NCBI GenBank assembly: GCA_050084985.1
Contig: JBITNC010000001.1
Span: forward strand, 155,434,001-155,498,000
Direction of reading: 5' to 3'
DNA: 64,000 nt
From: Nageia nagi
Taxonomy: Eukaryota; Plantae; Pinophyta
Under the pieces are notes generated by a model that did no database searches, had not been told where the DNA came from, and saw nothing but the letters and a program-made list of their open reading frames with translations. Made by a program: the position numbers and the translations under genes. Positions 51,340 to 64,000 of this stretch are shown in pieces. How positions within the stretch are numbered: position 1 is the first letter of the stretch; each line of letters begins with the position of its first letter.

Positions 51340-53069
51340 ATATGCGCCATGAACAATCTTAACCAAAGTACATCAAGAACAAACTATGGTGACAGTCTGA
51401 TCTTCGGAGAAGGCCGGTTCCTTATACATTGGGTGTAGGAGAAGTAACGGGAAAGAAAATAAAAGGAGTAGAGTGCGAGGAATTTAAGCAAAAGGCTTAG
51501 GGTAACAAGAGAGAAAGCAAAGGTGAATCACTAGTTCAGCGCAGGCTTTCACAGAGTGTGAAACCTTGGTCTGAATCTGGTGTAGCAGCTACGATACAAG
51601 CTCTCTCTCTAATAGTTTCCCAGCTTTATTCTACCATATATGCAGACACAGTTATACTAACAGCTCGCAATTATCATTCAGGAAACACGCCAAGCTGCCA
51701 CAATGTAACCTAATTAAGAATAACAATTACGAGTGCTAGACAAGAAAGGTCAAGATGGTATCATATTACCGATAAAAACTACAAGTCTTCGAGAACAAAT
51801 GTAAAGAGCAATACTAGGGCTTCCGACCCTTTTTCCACTTTATTTTCATATACTTATACTGAAAAAATAACAGTTAAAAGAAAATGAAAACCGAACTGTT
51901 ACAAAAAACAGCCTCAAGATTCTGGCCACTTATAACTATCATCATCTATATATGCCGCTTGTTCGAATGTTACAGAACTAAGGAGGTCATGGAAGGTAAC
52001 GTTTCTCCAGAACTAAGATTCCGCCTTGCGCAGGTATCGATTCCTCTAGGACCTATTTCTTGCCAAAATATGACTATCTTTTCCCTTGCAACGTCATCAT
52101 TTTATTCTGGAAAGCTTTACTTCAGGAACACTTCATTTACGGACTCCGGCTCTTTGCTTATCTCTTGCTGACCTCACCATCTCCGAAACCCGGTCTTTAC
52201 AAAAAAATGACCATCTTTTCCTCTGTGACGTCATCGTTCCGCTTCGGCGCGCTTTATTCACTGACTCCGGCTCTTTAATCACTCCTTGCTGACCTCATCG
52301 CTTCCGGGTTCCGGTTTCATTCAAAAATGTGAACATTGTTTTCCCCATGACGTCATCTTCATACTTCCGGAACGCTTCACTTTACTGGCTCCGGCTATTC
52401 AATCACTCCTTGCTGACCTCATCGCTTCCGAAATCCAGTTTCATTCAAGAATGTGAACATTGTTTTCCCTATGACGTCATCTTCATACTTCCGGAACGCT
52501 TCACTTTACTGGCTCCGGCTATTCGACAACCCTTTTGCTGATCTCATCGCTTCCGGAATCCGGTTTCGGGTTAAGGTCCGAAATCACTGACGTCATCTCT
52601 TTTGTATCCGGGTTACTCAACATTAACTTGCGGGGCTTTCCTTCTTTCTTAATAACGTAATTACTTTCGAAAACCAGTTCTTAAAACCCATTATGATTAT
52701 GCTTAGCCTACGTCACCCCCGGAAGTGATCATACTTTCAGAAGAACCTTGGAGTGATGATTATGTATTGATATACAATGACTAACACATATTTTGACAAT
52801 AAAACATAACAAGCACTCTAAATAACCCCTCAAGAGTAGATGTCTCTCTCTTAGGGTTTAAAATGACTACAAAATTACGAAAATACATTATATACAAGGC
52901 TAGAAAATATTTGGAATATTACACTTTTATCCTAGTCTTCTTCGTCACCCATTTGACTAGCTTTTCTTTACTTTCTCTTGCACCTCAACCAACCTTCATG
53001 ACATTGATCACTTTTTCATGCCCAAACAACTACATGCATGCAAACAAGACAAATCCAAGGTTACAAAAG

Positions 53070-53520
53070 TATCAAGAATGGGAGGCCAAAGGGACGAGGA
53101 AACGAGTTAAGGGGATGGCAAGCCAATTTTGGGAAACAGTTCCGTGATAGCTAGGGGATGACATGTGTAATAGTATTAAAAAAATTTAAAAATTTCAGAT
53201 TTATAAAAAATAAATATAGTTTTATTCATCATTGACATTCATTCAATTCAAACATGTAACACAATTTGAAAATCAACATTAAAATCACAAATACAAAACT
53301 AAAATATCAAATTGATACATAAGATAATTTAAAATCATAAATCAAAATGAACCATAATCTTAATGCCATTAAGTTTAAATAGTTGAAGAATCTAGTACAT
53401 ATTACATAGTCTTTGACCTGAATATGTCAAATAACAAAGAACAAGAACTAAAACTAGAAGTATACATGAAACCAAAACACTATGTCTCTGTTGGCTCATA
53501 CAGTAGTGTGCCTTTATCTA
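53070..53520 (-). mobile_element. 3' end fragment of a hAT element related to 13229-16740
   Basis: catagtctttgacctgaatatgtcaaataa (about 53405) is the reverse complement of ttatttgacatgttcatgtcaaagactatg (about 16542). GGGACG/GGGGATG subterminal motifs at 53075-53160. Confidence 0.6.
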
Positions 53521-54202
53521 AGGTTGGATGCACAAGCAACCATGAAGGAAATAAAATATGCTCAATAATGAGAAAGGAAAAAATATAAAAAAAACATTAT
53601 TTATATCTAGATTTATCTCTGGCAAATCTTGGTTTATGACCCCTAATACCACAATTATCAATGTTGGGTCCATAGAAAGGCTTTAAAATAGTATGCCCTA
53701 CAAAGGAAAGGCTAAGTTCTAACTTTTCCCATCAATATATATTGAAGGTGGTCCATTATATGGACTAGAAAAAGACAACAGGTGCATAGTTATTTGTATT
53801 AAATTCTCCATGAATCTTCCAACATCCTGTAATTAAATTGGGACATATCAACATCATCATCAGAATTGATACAAAATAAAAAAAGAGACTATCAATTCAA
53901 AGATTGAGCTCCTCATCATGTTTGGTCCCTGATCAAGAGGAAATGAAATTGATTTAACGCTACAATTTGTGGCTGTAACAAGGAGGTACTGATAATATTG
54001 ATGAATGCAAACATCATCTAATTAGGGCTTCTCAAGCACTATATCTTAGAAACAAGGGAGTATGTGAAAACAACCTTTTCAATTTATCTAAACTTAAGAA
54101 TCACATATCACAATTCAGAGTATGAAATTTTCAGCTTTTAACTTTTAGAAACTGCATTTATATTATGTCAATCATAGATTCAACTTCAGGCAGGAAAAAA
54201 AC

Positions 54203-54314
54203 CTTTTTCAGTCCGCTTTATAGACCCGGTTGCTCCTAAGATATCTCCAATATCTACAAGTGTCTTCAACAGCTCAAACATATCTTCATCTAGCCTTCCT
54301 TTCTCACAATACAG
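54203..54314 (-). CDS. OVA5: Lysyl-tRNA synthetase exon (LYCEKGRLDEDMFELLKTLVDIGDILGATGSIKRTEK)
   Basis: 112 bp with a TTTCAG acceptor and a GT donor at 54201-54202. Anticodon-binding OB-fold motif DIGDILG...KRTEKGELS. Confidence 0.96.
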
Positions 54315-54664
54315 CTGAAAATAAAAAGCCCAAAGTTTGAAGAGACATCTTGTCAAATAAAAGCACTTTTTAGATTAAAAACAGATATACAACAAGCCTA
54401 GTACATTCCAAACGTAATTCTAAAGTTTAAAAAAAGAAGTGCAGAAGCATATCAAAGTTCGCAAATTATCCAAGAATCTTCCAACAAGCTTTATGGTGGA
54501 AAATGAACACTTGAAATGTCAACATTAACCTGATTCTTCCAATGTTACAATGCTCGATAATTTAAATATTTTGAAATGTAACAACTTTTTAAAACAGAAC
54601 ATAAACTTCTCACAATACAAAACTGAAATAGAACTCAACCAACAAGCTCTGACAAAGTAAAAGA

Positions 54665-55135
54665 ATTCGCATGAGGAGGAAGGGTTCCCTCATCAAACCT
54701 CACATCCCTACTCCGTGTTGTTGGATCCCAAAGCCTATATCCCTTAGATACCTCACTATACTCGGCGAACTTGAGACAACCTCCTCGGTAACGAGGCAGG
54801 TTGACCAAAATGAGGATCCCAAATTGACGAAGATGGCCTTCTTATTCTTTAGCTGCAACTTGGTTTGGAATATGTACTCAAGCATCATAACCAAATACTC
54901 TCAAGTGATTCATACTTGGCTTGATCCCACTCCACTTCTCTTTCAATGTTTTGCCTTGCGAGGCCCTAGTAACTGAGTGGTTCACTATATGGCATGCACA
55001 TGCAATTGACTCGCCCCATAATCGCAAATCAATATTCCCTCCATAAAGCATACATCTTGTCATCTCGACCAACACCCTCTTCTTCCTCTTTGCTACCCTA
55101 TTTTGCTGTGTAGTATATGTAATGTTCCATTTTTT
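54665..55135 (-). mobile_element. Copia integrase fragment
   Basis: LVEMTRCML...LWGESIACACHIVN...KPSMNHLRVFG...YSEVSKGYRLWDP. Confidence 0.85.
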
Positions 55136-56150
55136 GAGGTCCCTTTCATGAGCACTTCTTCACTTAGCCATTTCTCCTCATGATGTGGACGTCAATTCTT
55201 TAGGACATTTTCCTTTGGATAAAGAAGAATGCATTATTACTTCAGACTTGCTATGCATCTTTCCTATCACTAATAGGGCTGAAAACAACTCCAAAGAAAG
55301 GGCTGGACATTATTTTAATGTCCTAGAATTTCCAACGGCTGCTACAGAGATTTCATGAGCTGATTTGTTGATGGAATATATTGAAGTTGCATTCCACCTA
55401 AAGGAGCTTCAGCTGATGTATGCATTTGTACCAAAGGATGTTTGGAAGACAATTATTTATGGCATCCTACAATTGCTTGAGGGCAAGCAATTTGAGAGGG
55501 GAGGCTTTGTAACATCCCCATTGAATAAAAATAAATAAACTTGGAATCCTAGAGGTTCCCTTTTGTAAATATTTTATTTATTTGTTTTTAGTTACTCGGG
55601 ACAGAAATATAATGGTCCATTGAACCCACGTTGTTAGCCTCATGTGGGACATTTTCCTCCCAAGCTTAGGATGAGTTAGTATTATTTAATTGTACACTTG
55701 GAGATCCTAAATAGTAATTGTGGGAATCCCAAGACTTGTATAGCACCTAGATAGCATTTGAGCATGGGCAATCACTTAATAGCCCCAACGTTGGATTTGG
55801 GAGGACTTGTATACATGCGCCAGCCTTGGGGAGACTTCTAGACCCTCACGTTGGCCCATGATGACACCAAGACACCCACGCATGACTTCCAGACCCCCAC
55901 TTGGCATGTATGACTCCCAAGCACCTTCATTGAGCATGAGGACCCACATTGGGCTTGTAAAGGCCTTAGACACCTACATTAGGCTTGTAATGATCCCTAG
56001 GCATCCATGTTGGACATTTTGGAGCCTCTAGGAGGCTAATGTTGGATTGGGGAGATTAAGTGATGACTTTGAGGTGAGATCCAGATCCAGTGATGTGTTA
56101 TGTAAGGCGTTGGAGCCTCATTGTAGAGATATACTAAATTTGATATTAAA
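55136..56150 (+). mobile_element. 3' end of a chromovirus-type element: decayed internal region, PPT, and a partial LTR from 55508 related to the 26925 family
   Basis: CTTGAGGGCAAG...GAGAGGGGAGG precedes TGTAACATCCCC. ttgtgggaatcccaag and ccacgttggc-type repeats are shared with the LTR at 26925. Confidence 0.7.
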
Positions 56151-58720
56151 ACCCCCCCTTTTACTACTCAAGTCCTGGCGACATCAAGCACCCTTGGACA
56201 TGTAGAGCAAGGAGAGTCCAAGAGGCTTGGAACACCTTCTGACTAGCGGCTGAGGTGAATGTTCGTGCTGTGAAGTTGCCCTACCCTAAGGCGTCCATAG
56301 CAGTCTGCACCTTTGAATCTGTCCGATGATATTCCGAAACTACATTCAATCTCTTTGTTGGGAGCTAGCCTGTGGGGGAGCCCTTCAGTGTGGCACCCAC
56401 ATAACTGGTAGAGTGTCTAACCTCTCCAACATTTGGGATACCTATTGGTCTCATACAGATCCAAGTCGAACGTTGCAATTTATTGGCAAATTGGAGAAGA
56501 CTAAAACGCTCAATGAGATAATTTGCCCATCCGACCTAGCCATTGCCACCTTGTTTCCGTTTGCAACGCCATTTCCTAAGCTATGTTTTGAAGTGGGGAG
56601 GTATTCCAATTTCAAGGATTGAGCCCTCTATGGTGACAACAATGTTAAAATCCTTGATTTTTCTCCCAAGGGCATTGAAGAAGCCTTCAAATGAAGCAAC
56701 AAAGGGATTGTTTACATAGAAAAGGACTCCTTGGATTATTATCAGAAATCTCACTGGGCCAAAGATCTCAAGGGGTTGTTTAAAGAGTTCTTCGAGAACA
56801 AATTGATCAATGCAAAGAGGCAACATTTCCACCCTAGCATCTCCAAGATCATCAATATGTTATCCAAGCTCGTGGGCAAAGAAGACGACCTGAAGTTAAG
56901 AAAGGAATTCATTGGTTTAATTGCTGTGATCGGAAATAGGCAGAGAATCAGATGGAGCGTGTTGATTAGTAACACCCTTCACATATTGGATCGTCCAAAA
57001 GATTTTACATGAATTCGTACCTTGTCTATCTCCTCCTCCATGGCAAAAAATAGAAAGTCAGCGCATGTAGATATGGATATCCTAAAGAATCTTGAGAAAC
57101 CCACATGGAGGGCCTATCCCAAGTGGTGGCTGGAATCAAGATGGGAAAACTTTACCATGAGGAATGATGGATGGGAATATCAGACTCACAAGGAGATCAA
57201 GGGCAAGCAACTAGTAAAAAGGATATCTGACTCAACCATAGAGGCCATCAGGAGGCATGCTGACTTCTTTTTAGAAGACCCTGTAGATACTTACATCCGA
57301 GTCTATGGATTTGAGGAAAGACCATACCTCTTACCCCGATATGGTCTTTCCGAGTCTACCCTTTCAGATGGTTCAATTCATTCAACCAGTTTGGTTTGTT
57401 AATGAAGATGGGAGCGCAAGGAAGGTTGAGCTCATAACCCATGAAGTCCAAAACACCGTCTGGGAGCTTCTCTTCGCCAAGGATGTGAACCTGTTGAAAG
57501 CGGAGAAGTATATTGAAAATCAACAGTAGTTGGCCATTTGGAAGTTTCAGATGGAATGCACCTCTTGCTACATCTTGGATTTCCACACCAAGAAGGATGA
57601 AGATCTGCCAGGCGCACTAGTAGTAGGGTTTTCCAAGGTGAAGGCTTTCTTCGAGGATAATTCTCATAGGATTTCGGAAGAAGTTTTCTTTTCTACACAT
57701 GGAGGAGCTGCCAATGCATAGTGCAAAAATGCATATTTATTAGTTGGATAGGATGTTTTTCAAAAGACTTTAGATTTTATTCATATAAGACTTTATTAGA
57801 CTTGCGCTGTGATGAGGTTTTGCTCCCACAACCGTAAGAAAATTTGATGTGACGATGATGTGATGTGTGGGCGGTATTCTATAGTTGCAGTCTTATGATG
57901 TATGTTAGTTTTGTTGATGATTTTGCTTTGGTAGTATTAGGGTTTGCTTTTGCTATTTTAGGGCAACACTACAATTAATGCTAAGGCAACGCTTCATTTA
58001 ATGAGGTTGTTAGACATCATGCTATAAGTACCCTAGTTGGGTCATTTTGTAAAGGAGGAACATTTTTGGGAGAAGTTTTGGACATTGAAGCCTCCGATTG
58101 TATGCATTGGCTCTGATATTAATGCAAGTGATGCCCTTTCATTTCATGGGATTGTGGATTTGTTATATAGCATGCTTGGTATGTTGTTAGTTATTTATAT
58201 GTTTACGAGCATTTTCTTTGAAAGTTCAGCACTTTAGGAGAAGCAAGTTGAATATCTTTCTTAAACATATGAATAGTCGTTTCTACAATTTGCATAAAGT
58301 TGTTGTATTCTAGGATCCATTGCTCTTATGTCATTTGATTAGAATTCTTCATTGGGAAGATAAATGAATGTTTCATTTCACCCATTATACACCCTGACTA
58401 CTGCCCCATGCTCTTGCGTGGAAGCAATTCAGACCCAATCGTTTTCTTTCTTGCTTGATAACCCATGTGAAGATTCTTAATAAATCTAAGAGATAAAACC
58501 CTAAACATTGAACAACGGTGACAAGCCATCACCTATCTATTTTGTCACTCTCCAACTCCATTGATCGATCAATCCCATCCTCACACCCTTTGTTGTTACA
58601 TAACTTCACAGGAACACTAGTTGTAAAGAGCCCAATAGGTCCGAACAAATTGTGAATTAATTACCCCAAGCACATCCTCACCTGAGCCATCTTGCGATAA
58701 GGAGAGAAATACACAATCAT
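56150..58720 (+). mobile_element. Fragment of another element carrying the accessory-gene family (remnant at about 56440-57350) followed by U5-like sequence
   Basis: IATLFPFATPFPKLCFEV, IINMLSKLVGKEDDLKLRKEFIGLIAVIGNRQRIRWS and TYIRVYGFEERPYLLPRY match 32290-33507. Boundaries are approximate. Confidence 0.7.
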
Positions 58721-58745
58721 TAAACCACCATTGCTCATTATTTGC

Positions 58746-59364
58746 TATATCATGAAGTAAACCTTGGGGGAAAGAAACTCATGTCAACTCAAAGATCAGC
58801 CAATGAGTGCTCAAAAATGACCTCAGATTTTTCAAACAAGCTTCTCCTAAGTTGGACATCCTCTTTTGCTGGAATACCTGCAAAAGTCACAAAATTGACT
58901 CCCAAGGTGGGACGTCACACTCCACTGAACTCCAAGTTCTGAAATTACTGAAAACTGAAGCTCCTATGTGAATCTTGATGCAGATCCACCACTTTCCAGC
59001 CATGCACAAGGGCACATCACCTTGCTAAAAACCTGGCTGCTTTTGGAAACCTACATCTTCTAAAGTCGACAAGAGGTGAGTTAGGGTTCAGCCCACAACT
59101 CCAAACACAACAAAATAACATTACATGCCTCCAAAATGGGGCACCCAATTCCCCTTTATAGGATATGTTCTAATTCCTTGTTGAAAGGGGACCCACTTAT
59201 TACAACAACATAACTTAAGTTATAACACACAAAAAGACTCCTAAAAACATAAAAAAGGGTGTCCTACATCACCCTTTATTTTTAACTTTACATTTTATTA
59301 CTAATAAGTGGGAACTACATAACTAACAAAATAAAACATTACAACACAAAATGGGGGCATTACA
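58746..59364. mobile_element. Decayed LTR similar in style to 8537-9750
   Basis: Ends aaaatgggggcattaca, like aaaattggggacattaca at 9750. The left end and TSD are not resolved. Confidence 0.5.
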
Positions 59365-59699
59365 TTGTCATCAAGTACTCTCCAAATTTTACCTTGCCAA
59401 ATACTTTCCAAGTCCCAGTTTTCCAACTATGGTTTTGTGTAATATTTTGTTGATAATCTATTGCCTTGTGACTTTAAGTCCGATCGATGTAGAACCTATT
59501 TTAGGTTAAGAGTGATTATATATGAAGGTGTCTTGCCTTATTTTTCATGTAATTTATGAAATAAATAATATTATTTGCTTCCTTCTGCTGGCATACTTGT
59601 ATGCTTATGGATATTTGATGAAGGAATGTGTTTTCAAATGGAATATCGTCTTTTGTGTATTTTAAGATCTTGCTAGAAGGTTTGAATTAAGTGGTTTAA

Positions 59700-62170
59700 A
59701 TAGCTCCGGTAATATTTGTCTCATTTGACAAAAATAACATTTATTTTCTTTGTATATTTCCCTCATAGTGTGCATCATAGTCACCATGGTCAACATGGTG
59801 ATGGGCATGAAAGGGATCTCCATTTTGAGGATGAAGATGATGGTGGAGACGATGGTCTTCTCTTAAATGATGAGAGTGTTGGTTCTCACAACAATGGAAA
59901 AGATGGTGGTCTTCAATTGTATGATGGGAATGGTGATTCTCATAGTCATACTGGCAATGATGTGGCTTATCATGGAGAGCATAGGCTTGATGATCATGGT
60001 CACATTACTCATTCAATGGATGTGATTGCAATGTAGTCTTCAAATAAAGCATCAAGACCTTTGTTGCTTAGGTCTACCTTAAGGGATGCTCCACATGAGT
60101 CATTCGACTTGCATAATATTGAGGGGAGGACTCATGGACAAGTTCATCAGGTAAATTTTGCATTCATGGCTAAAATTAAAGAAGGGGAGGACCCTTCTAC
60201 TTTCAAACAAGCACATAGGAAACCCAAGTGGGATGCAACAATGAGGAGTGAGTAGGAGGCAATGATGAGGAAGAGCACATGGGAGTTGGTTCCAAGACCA
60301 AAGGGCAAAATAATTGTTGGGTGTAAATGGGTCTATGAGCCCAAGTACATATTTGAGGGTGAAGTGGAGAAACATAAGCCTCGATTAGTAGCTAAGGGAT
60401 ATTCTCAAGAGGAGGGTATTGACTACAATGAGACCATTGTTACTAAGGGTCATATTGATTATGTTTGCCTTGTGCTGAGCATGGCTTCTTCTTTTGGTTG
60501 GGAGGTGCACCAAATGGATGTGAAGGGTGCACATCTCAATGTTAACTTGAAGGAGGAAATCTACATGAAACAACCACCAGGATTTGAGGAAGGTGGATCC
60601 AAGCCTCTTGTTTGCAAGTTAAAGAAATCCTTATACAAATTGAAGCAAGCACCAAGGAAATGGTATCAGAAAATGGATAATTCTTTCATTAATTCAAGGC
60701 TCTTTAGATGTGTTGTGGAAAACAATATGTATGTGAGGTGGAACGGTGAACAAGTCATCATTGTTCTCTGCATGGATGACTTGATTCTCATAGGATATTC
60801 CCCCATGAAAATCAAAGGTATGAAGACTAGGTTGAAAAATATTTTTGAGATGATGAATCTTGGTTTGTTGCACAACTTTTAGGCATACAAGCATGGCAAC
60901 TGAAGGATGGTATTTTTCTTTCATAACCTAAATATGCCTTACATCTTTTGAAGAAATTCAAGATGAAAAATTGCAATTTAATTAAGATTCCCATGGCATC
61001 CGAAATGAAGCTTTCTAAGTCTACTCTAGATGAACTGACAGTTGATGCCTCCTCGAACCATTCACTAGTGATTAGTTTGTTATATTTGACTCATAGTAAA
61101 TCAAAAATTGCTTTTGTGGTTGAGTATGTGGCTAGGTACATGGTGGAACCACATCAAAGTCATTGGATAGAGACAAAGTGGATTTTGAGTTACGTCAAAG
61201 GGGCATTGGAGATGGGCATCACATATAGGAGAGATAGCATACACAATTTGGTTGGGTATTCCAATTCCAGATATGGCAATGATGAAGATGAAAGAAGATC
61301 TACTTCAAGCTACCTGTTTACTTTTGGTAGTGGACCAGTTGTGTGGATAAGCAAGAAGCAAGGTGTAGTGTCCAAGTTTTCTATGGAGGTTGAGTATCGG
61401 GCTTCTTCGATAGTGAGGCAAAATCTTCAATGGTTGTGCCATCTACTTGAGGAGCTTGGCTTCAAATAAAAGGGACCATACCATATGTGGATGGATAATC
61501 AATGTACAATTCACATGACCAAGAATCAAATTCTTCATTAGCAGTCCAACCACATTGAGATTGACATGCATTGGATCCATGAGCAAGTACGAAATGGCAA
61601 GATTGATGTGCAGTATATTTTGATAAAGAGTCAGTTGGTGAACATTTTCACCAAACCATTGCCTTGAGACAAATGATCACGATGCATGAGGCTCTGGATA
61701 AAGTTGCCATCAAATGGAGGGTGTTGGCATGATGGTACCTTTAACTATTTGTTAAATATTGACCTCCCTAAGTCTAACATAAGGGAGGGTATTAGATGTT
61801 AATCTATACTTATCGGCCTTGCATTTATTACCATTTAAGTACTTATTAACATTAAGGCCACATGATTAACTTTTATTGGACATGTGTGTATACATGGATC
61901 ATTGTATAAGTGATTAACCGACGGTTGAGATTATAGTATGTTGTGTAATCCAATGGTTATGGATAAGTCATATGGATGGGTACTAGTTCTTGAGCCCATT
62001 TAAAACTCACTCCAAGCCAACATTTTAATCATCCAGTGGATCATTTTGACCATCCATTATTATTGTGATATCCTTCAAGGCTTAATCGTCCACCCCATAT
62101 TCTTGTGCTCTTATTTTTAACTTCAATTTCTTCTGTGTATGGAATGCTTAACGTGTTTGATTCTTTGACA
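59700..62170 (+). mobile_element. 3' half of a decayed Ty1/copia element: RT, RNase H, PPT, 3' LTR 61722-62170
   Basis: TWELVPRP...GCKWVY...RLVAKGYSQEEGIDY...QMDVK...LKKSLYKLKQAPRKW...MDDLIL and RRSTSSY...SKKQ. AAATGGAGGG precedes TGTTGG...TTGACA. Confidence 0.92.
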
Positions 62171-62182
62171 ATATTGCATAAT

Positions 62183-64000
62183 TGTAATGTCCCCAATTTT
62201 GAAAAACCTTGTAAAAGGCATAACTTCTGTCACAAGTGTTGGATGGAGAAACTTCTGCCAATTGTTTTGACAAGTCACAAGACATGGTTCCGTCAAGAAA
62301 CAAGGGAGATATGAGCTTTTGAAGTTCACCTAGGAAACCAGGATTCTAATATCATGGCCAAGGAAAAGTCGGCTAGGAGAAAGTTATTTTATTCCAAGTT
62401 GGCTAGGAGTTTAATTATTTATAATTTCAAGGTAAAGGCACCTATAAAAGAAGGAAAGATTCACCACTTGAGGATCATCATAATTTGGCATTTGATGTTT
62501 GATCTCTTGAAGTTGGGGTTGCTCCCCTCTCTTCCTTTTATGGTCTAGGGCTGCTCCCTAGCCTAGAAGTGGTATATTCGCTATTATCTACACTTGAGAA
62601 GCTTGCGCCATACTTGGGAGCCATGCTGGCACTTGTGTCAACCTTTGGGAGACCTTGGGAGCCTTGCACTAGCTCTCTTAAGGTCTAGAAGTCTTGCGCC
62701 AACCTTTGGGATTATTGTTATGCATTTTGGGAGTCTTGGGCGATGCCCTAGAACTTGTTACAAGCTTTTTACAGACCTACACTTATTATTTATAAATTTT
62801 TATGATATTTGGTTCTCATATTGATTGTTGTGTGTGGATGAATGCTCTTTTACTACAGTTGTACTGTTATCAATATTCGTGCATGGGAATGTATGAGAAT
62901 TAGAGTGTTTGGGTAGCAAAATATGGTTACATAACATATCTGCATTTGTGCCCTAGTTTGGACGATTTTGCATGACATAAGAGCAATATTACTATTATAT
63001 ATCAGATCTGGTTACTATTGTAATAATTCAATCTTGGAAGCATAATTGCATGAATGAGAGCATTTACAGTTTTGCCCTAATTGATGGATGAATGTGGAAT
63101 TATTAAGTTAATTGTGCATGTTTAGCTTAAGTCCTAGAAGGGTACATTACAATAGTATCAAAGTTATGATCTCGCTAGCCTATTGAGAAGATTAAAAGAA
63201 ACTCAAACGGAAGCATCCCAATCATGGAGGGTTGGGAGATAGATGAATTATTTAAGGAGTACAAAAAGAAGTCGCATGATAACTTTCGAAATTTATCTGG
63301 AAATGTCAGAGGCAAAGAATCACGTCAAGATTATTAGGAAACAGAAGGAAAGAAGAAGTCTTGCTTCTTGGTTGTCCAAGGCCCTAAACCTTGAACCACA
63401 CATGGTGGAAGAAATGGATGACACCCCATCACAAGAAGATATTACCAATAAGTGCTTGGTAAAGAAAGATATCGCTTATAGAGGGGATCATGAAGACACT
63501 CCAATGATAGAGGAAAACAAGGATGACACTACACCACTTGAGTATGAAGGAGCTACCCAAGGTTCGTCACACGTAGCTAATTCTAGAGTTCCATGATTAC
63601 ATAAGATGGAATTCACTCATGAGCTTTGTAATAAGGATGAAGATGTCAAGGAGAAAATTAAAGGCCCTATAGAGGGCACTTTGAGAGCTACCCACTATGA
63701 AGAAGATGATGTAAATATTATGACAGGTTTCGAAGACAAAACAGGAATTTTGCCACATGGGACTGAATTGACACATAAGTTTTGTGATAAAGGGGTCGCA
63801 TTACCACAAGAGCAGGCACCAAAGGACCTTGGAGAAGTTGAAGATTCTAAGGATGTTGCCTTTCCAAATAAAGAATCATGCCAAGAAGATATCATAGGGG
63901 TAGCCAATACTGATTTTGAGAGCGATCAAGAGTCTAGTGTTGAAGAAGATAAAGATGACGTTTTGCCACACGAGGTATGTTTGGAACCCAAAAATGTTTA
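62183..64000 (+). mobile_element. 5' end of an LTR element: LTR 62183-63151, degenerate iMet PBS, acidic domain-less internal ORF remnants (probably non-autonomous)
   Basis: TGTAATGT...ACATTACA followed by A-TAGTATCAAAG (63153). The downstream Asp/Glu-rich frames have no recognisable gag motif within the window. Confidence 0.75.

Larger units (their letters stand above)
38242..52776 (-). mobile_element. Near full-length Tat-clade (TatII-like) Ty3/gypsy retrotransposon with a 3' sense extra ORF
   Basis: Paired LTRs 38242-39698 and 49739-49764 plus 51345-52776 (about 30 differences in about 1450 bp, counted by eye). tRNA-Arg PBS. Domain order GAG-PR-aRH-RT-RH-INT-eORF. Confidence 0.95.
34965..52923 (-). 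mobile_element. Non-autonomous (LARD-like) chromovirus derivative: 3' LTR about 34965-36082, domain-less internal region 36083-38240, 5' LTR remnant 52778-52923; hosts the Tat element
   Basis: 35937-36082 and 52779-52923 are roughly 88-90% similar by eye. PPT GGAGGGG at 36089-36095 (minus). No RT/INT motifs internally. The left boundary is uncertain. Confidence 0.7.

Noticed and set aside
59716-60036. His/Asp/Gly-rich ORF resembling a metal-binding protein
   Set aside because: Low-complexity linker upstream of RT in a decayed copia polyprotein.
54500-64000. Next upstream LysRS exon (expected to end in something like ...LRDDSGTIQ)
   Set aside because: No matching frame with splice sites found; it probably lies beyond the window.

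Overview
Plant nuclear DNA, most likely from a gymnosperm (inferred from the giant TE-filled introns and a TatII-type Ty3/gypsy domain order). The whole window lies inside one minus-strand host gene, the organellar class II lysyl-tRNA synthetase (OVA5-like). Four small, phase-compatible exons (54203-54314, 22185-22293, 10388-10445, 1397-1465) are separated by introns of 31.9, 11.7 and 8.9 kb. The introns are packed with nested, mostly decayed transposons: Copia pieces, chromovirus (Reina-like) gypsy elements, non-autonomous LTR elements, solo LTRs with intact TSDs, a hAT transposase pseudogene and a hAT MITE. There is also a near-complete TatII-like gypsy element (38242-52776, LTRs about 2% diverged by my count). 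The most unusual signals are three. (1) One large accessory-protein family occurs in four different retroelements; in at least one, and possibly three, it sits inside the LTR behind its own TATA box. (2) Three of these families carry arrays of their own CG-containing motif (CCGG saturates the TatII element), which suggests a VANC-like protein-plus-motif anti-silencing system. (3) The TatII element has no polypurine tract; in its place is an inverted tRNA-Lys-like primer site that can also fold as a hairpin. All alignments and counts were done by eye and no database searches were run.
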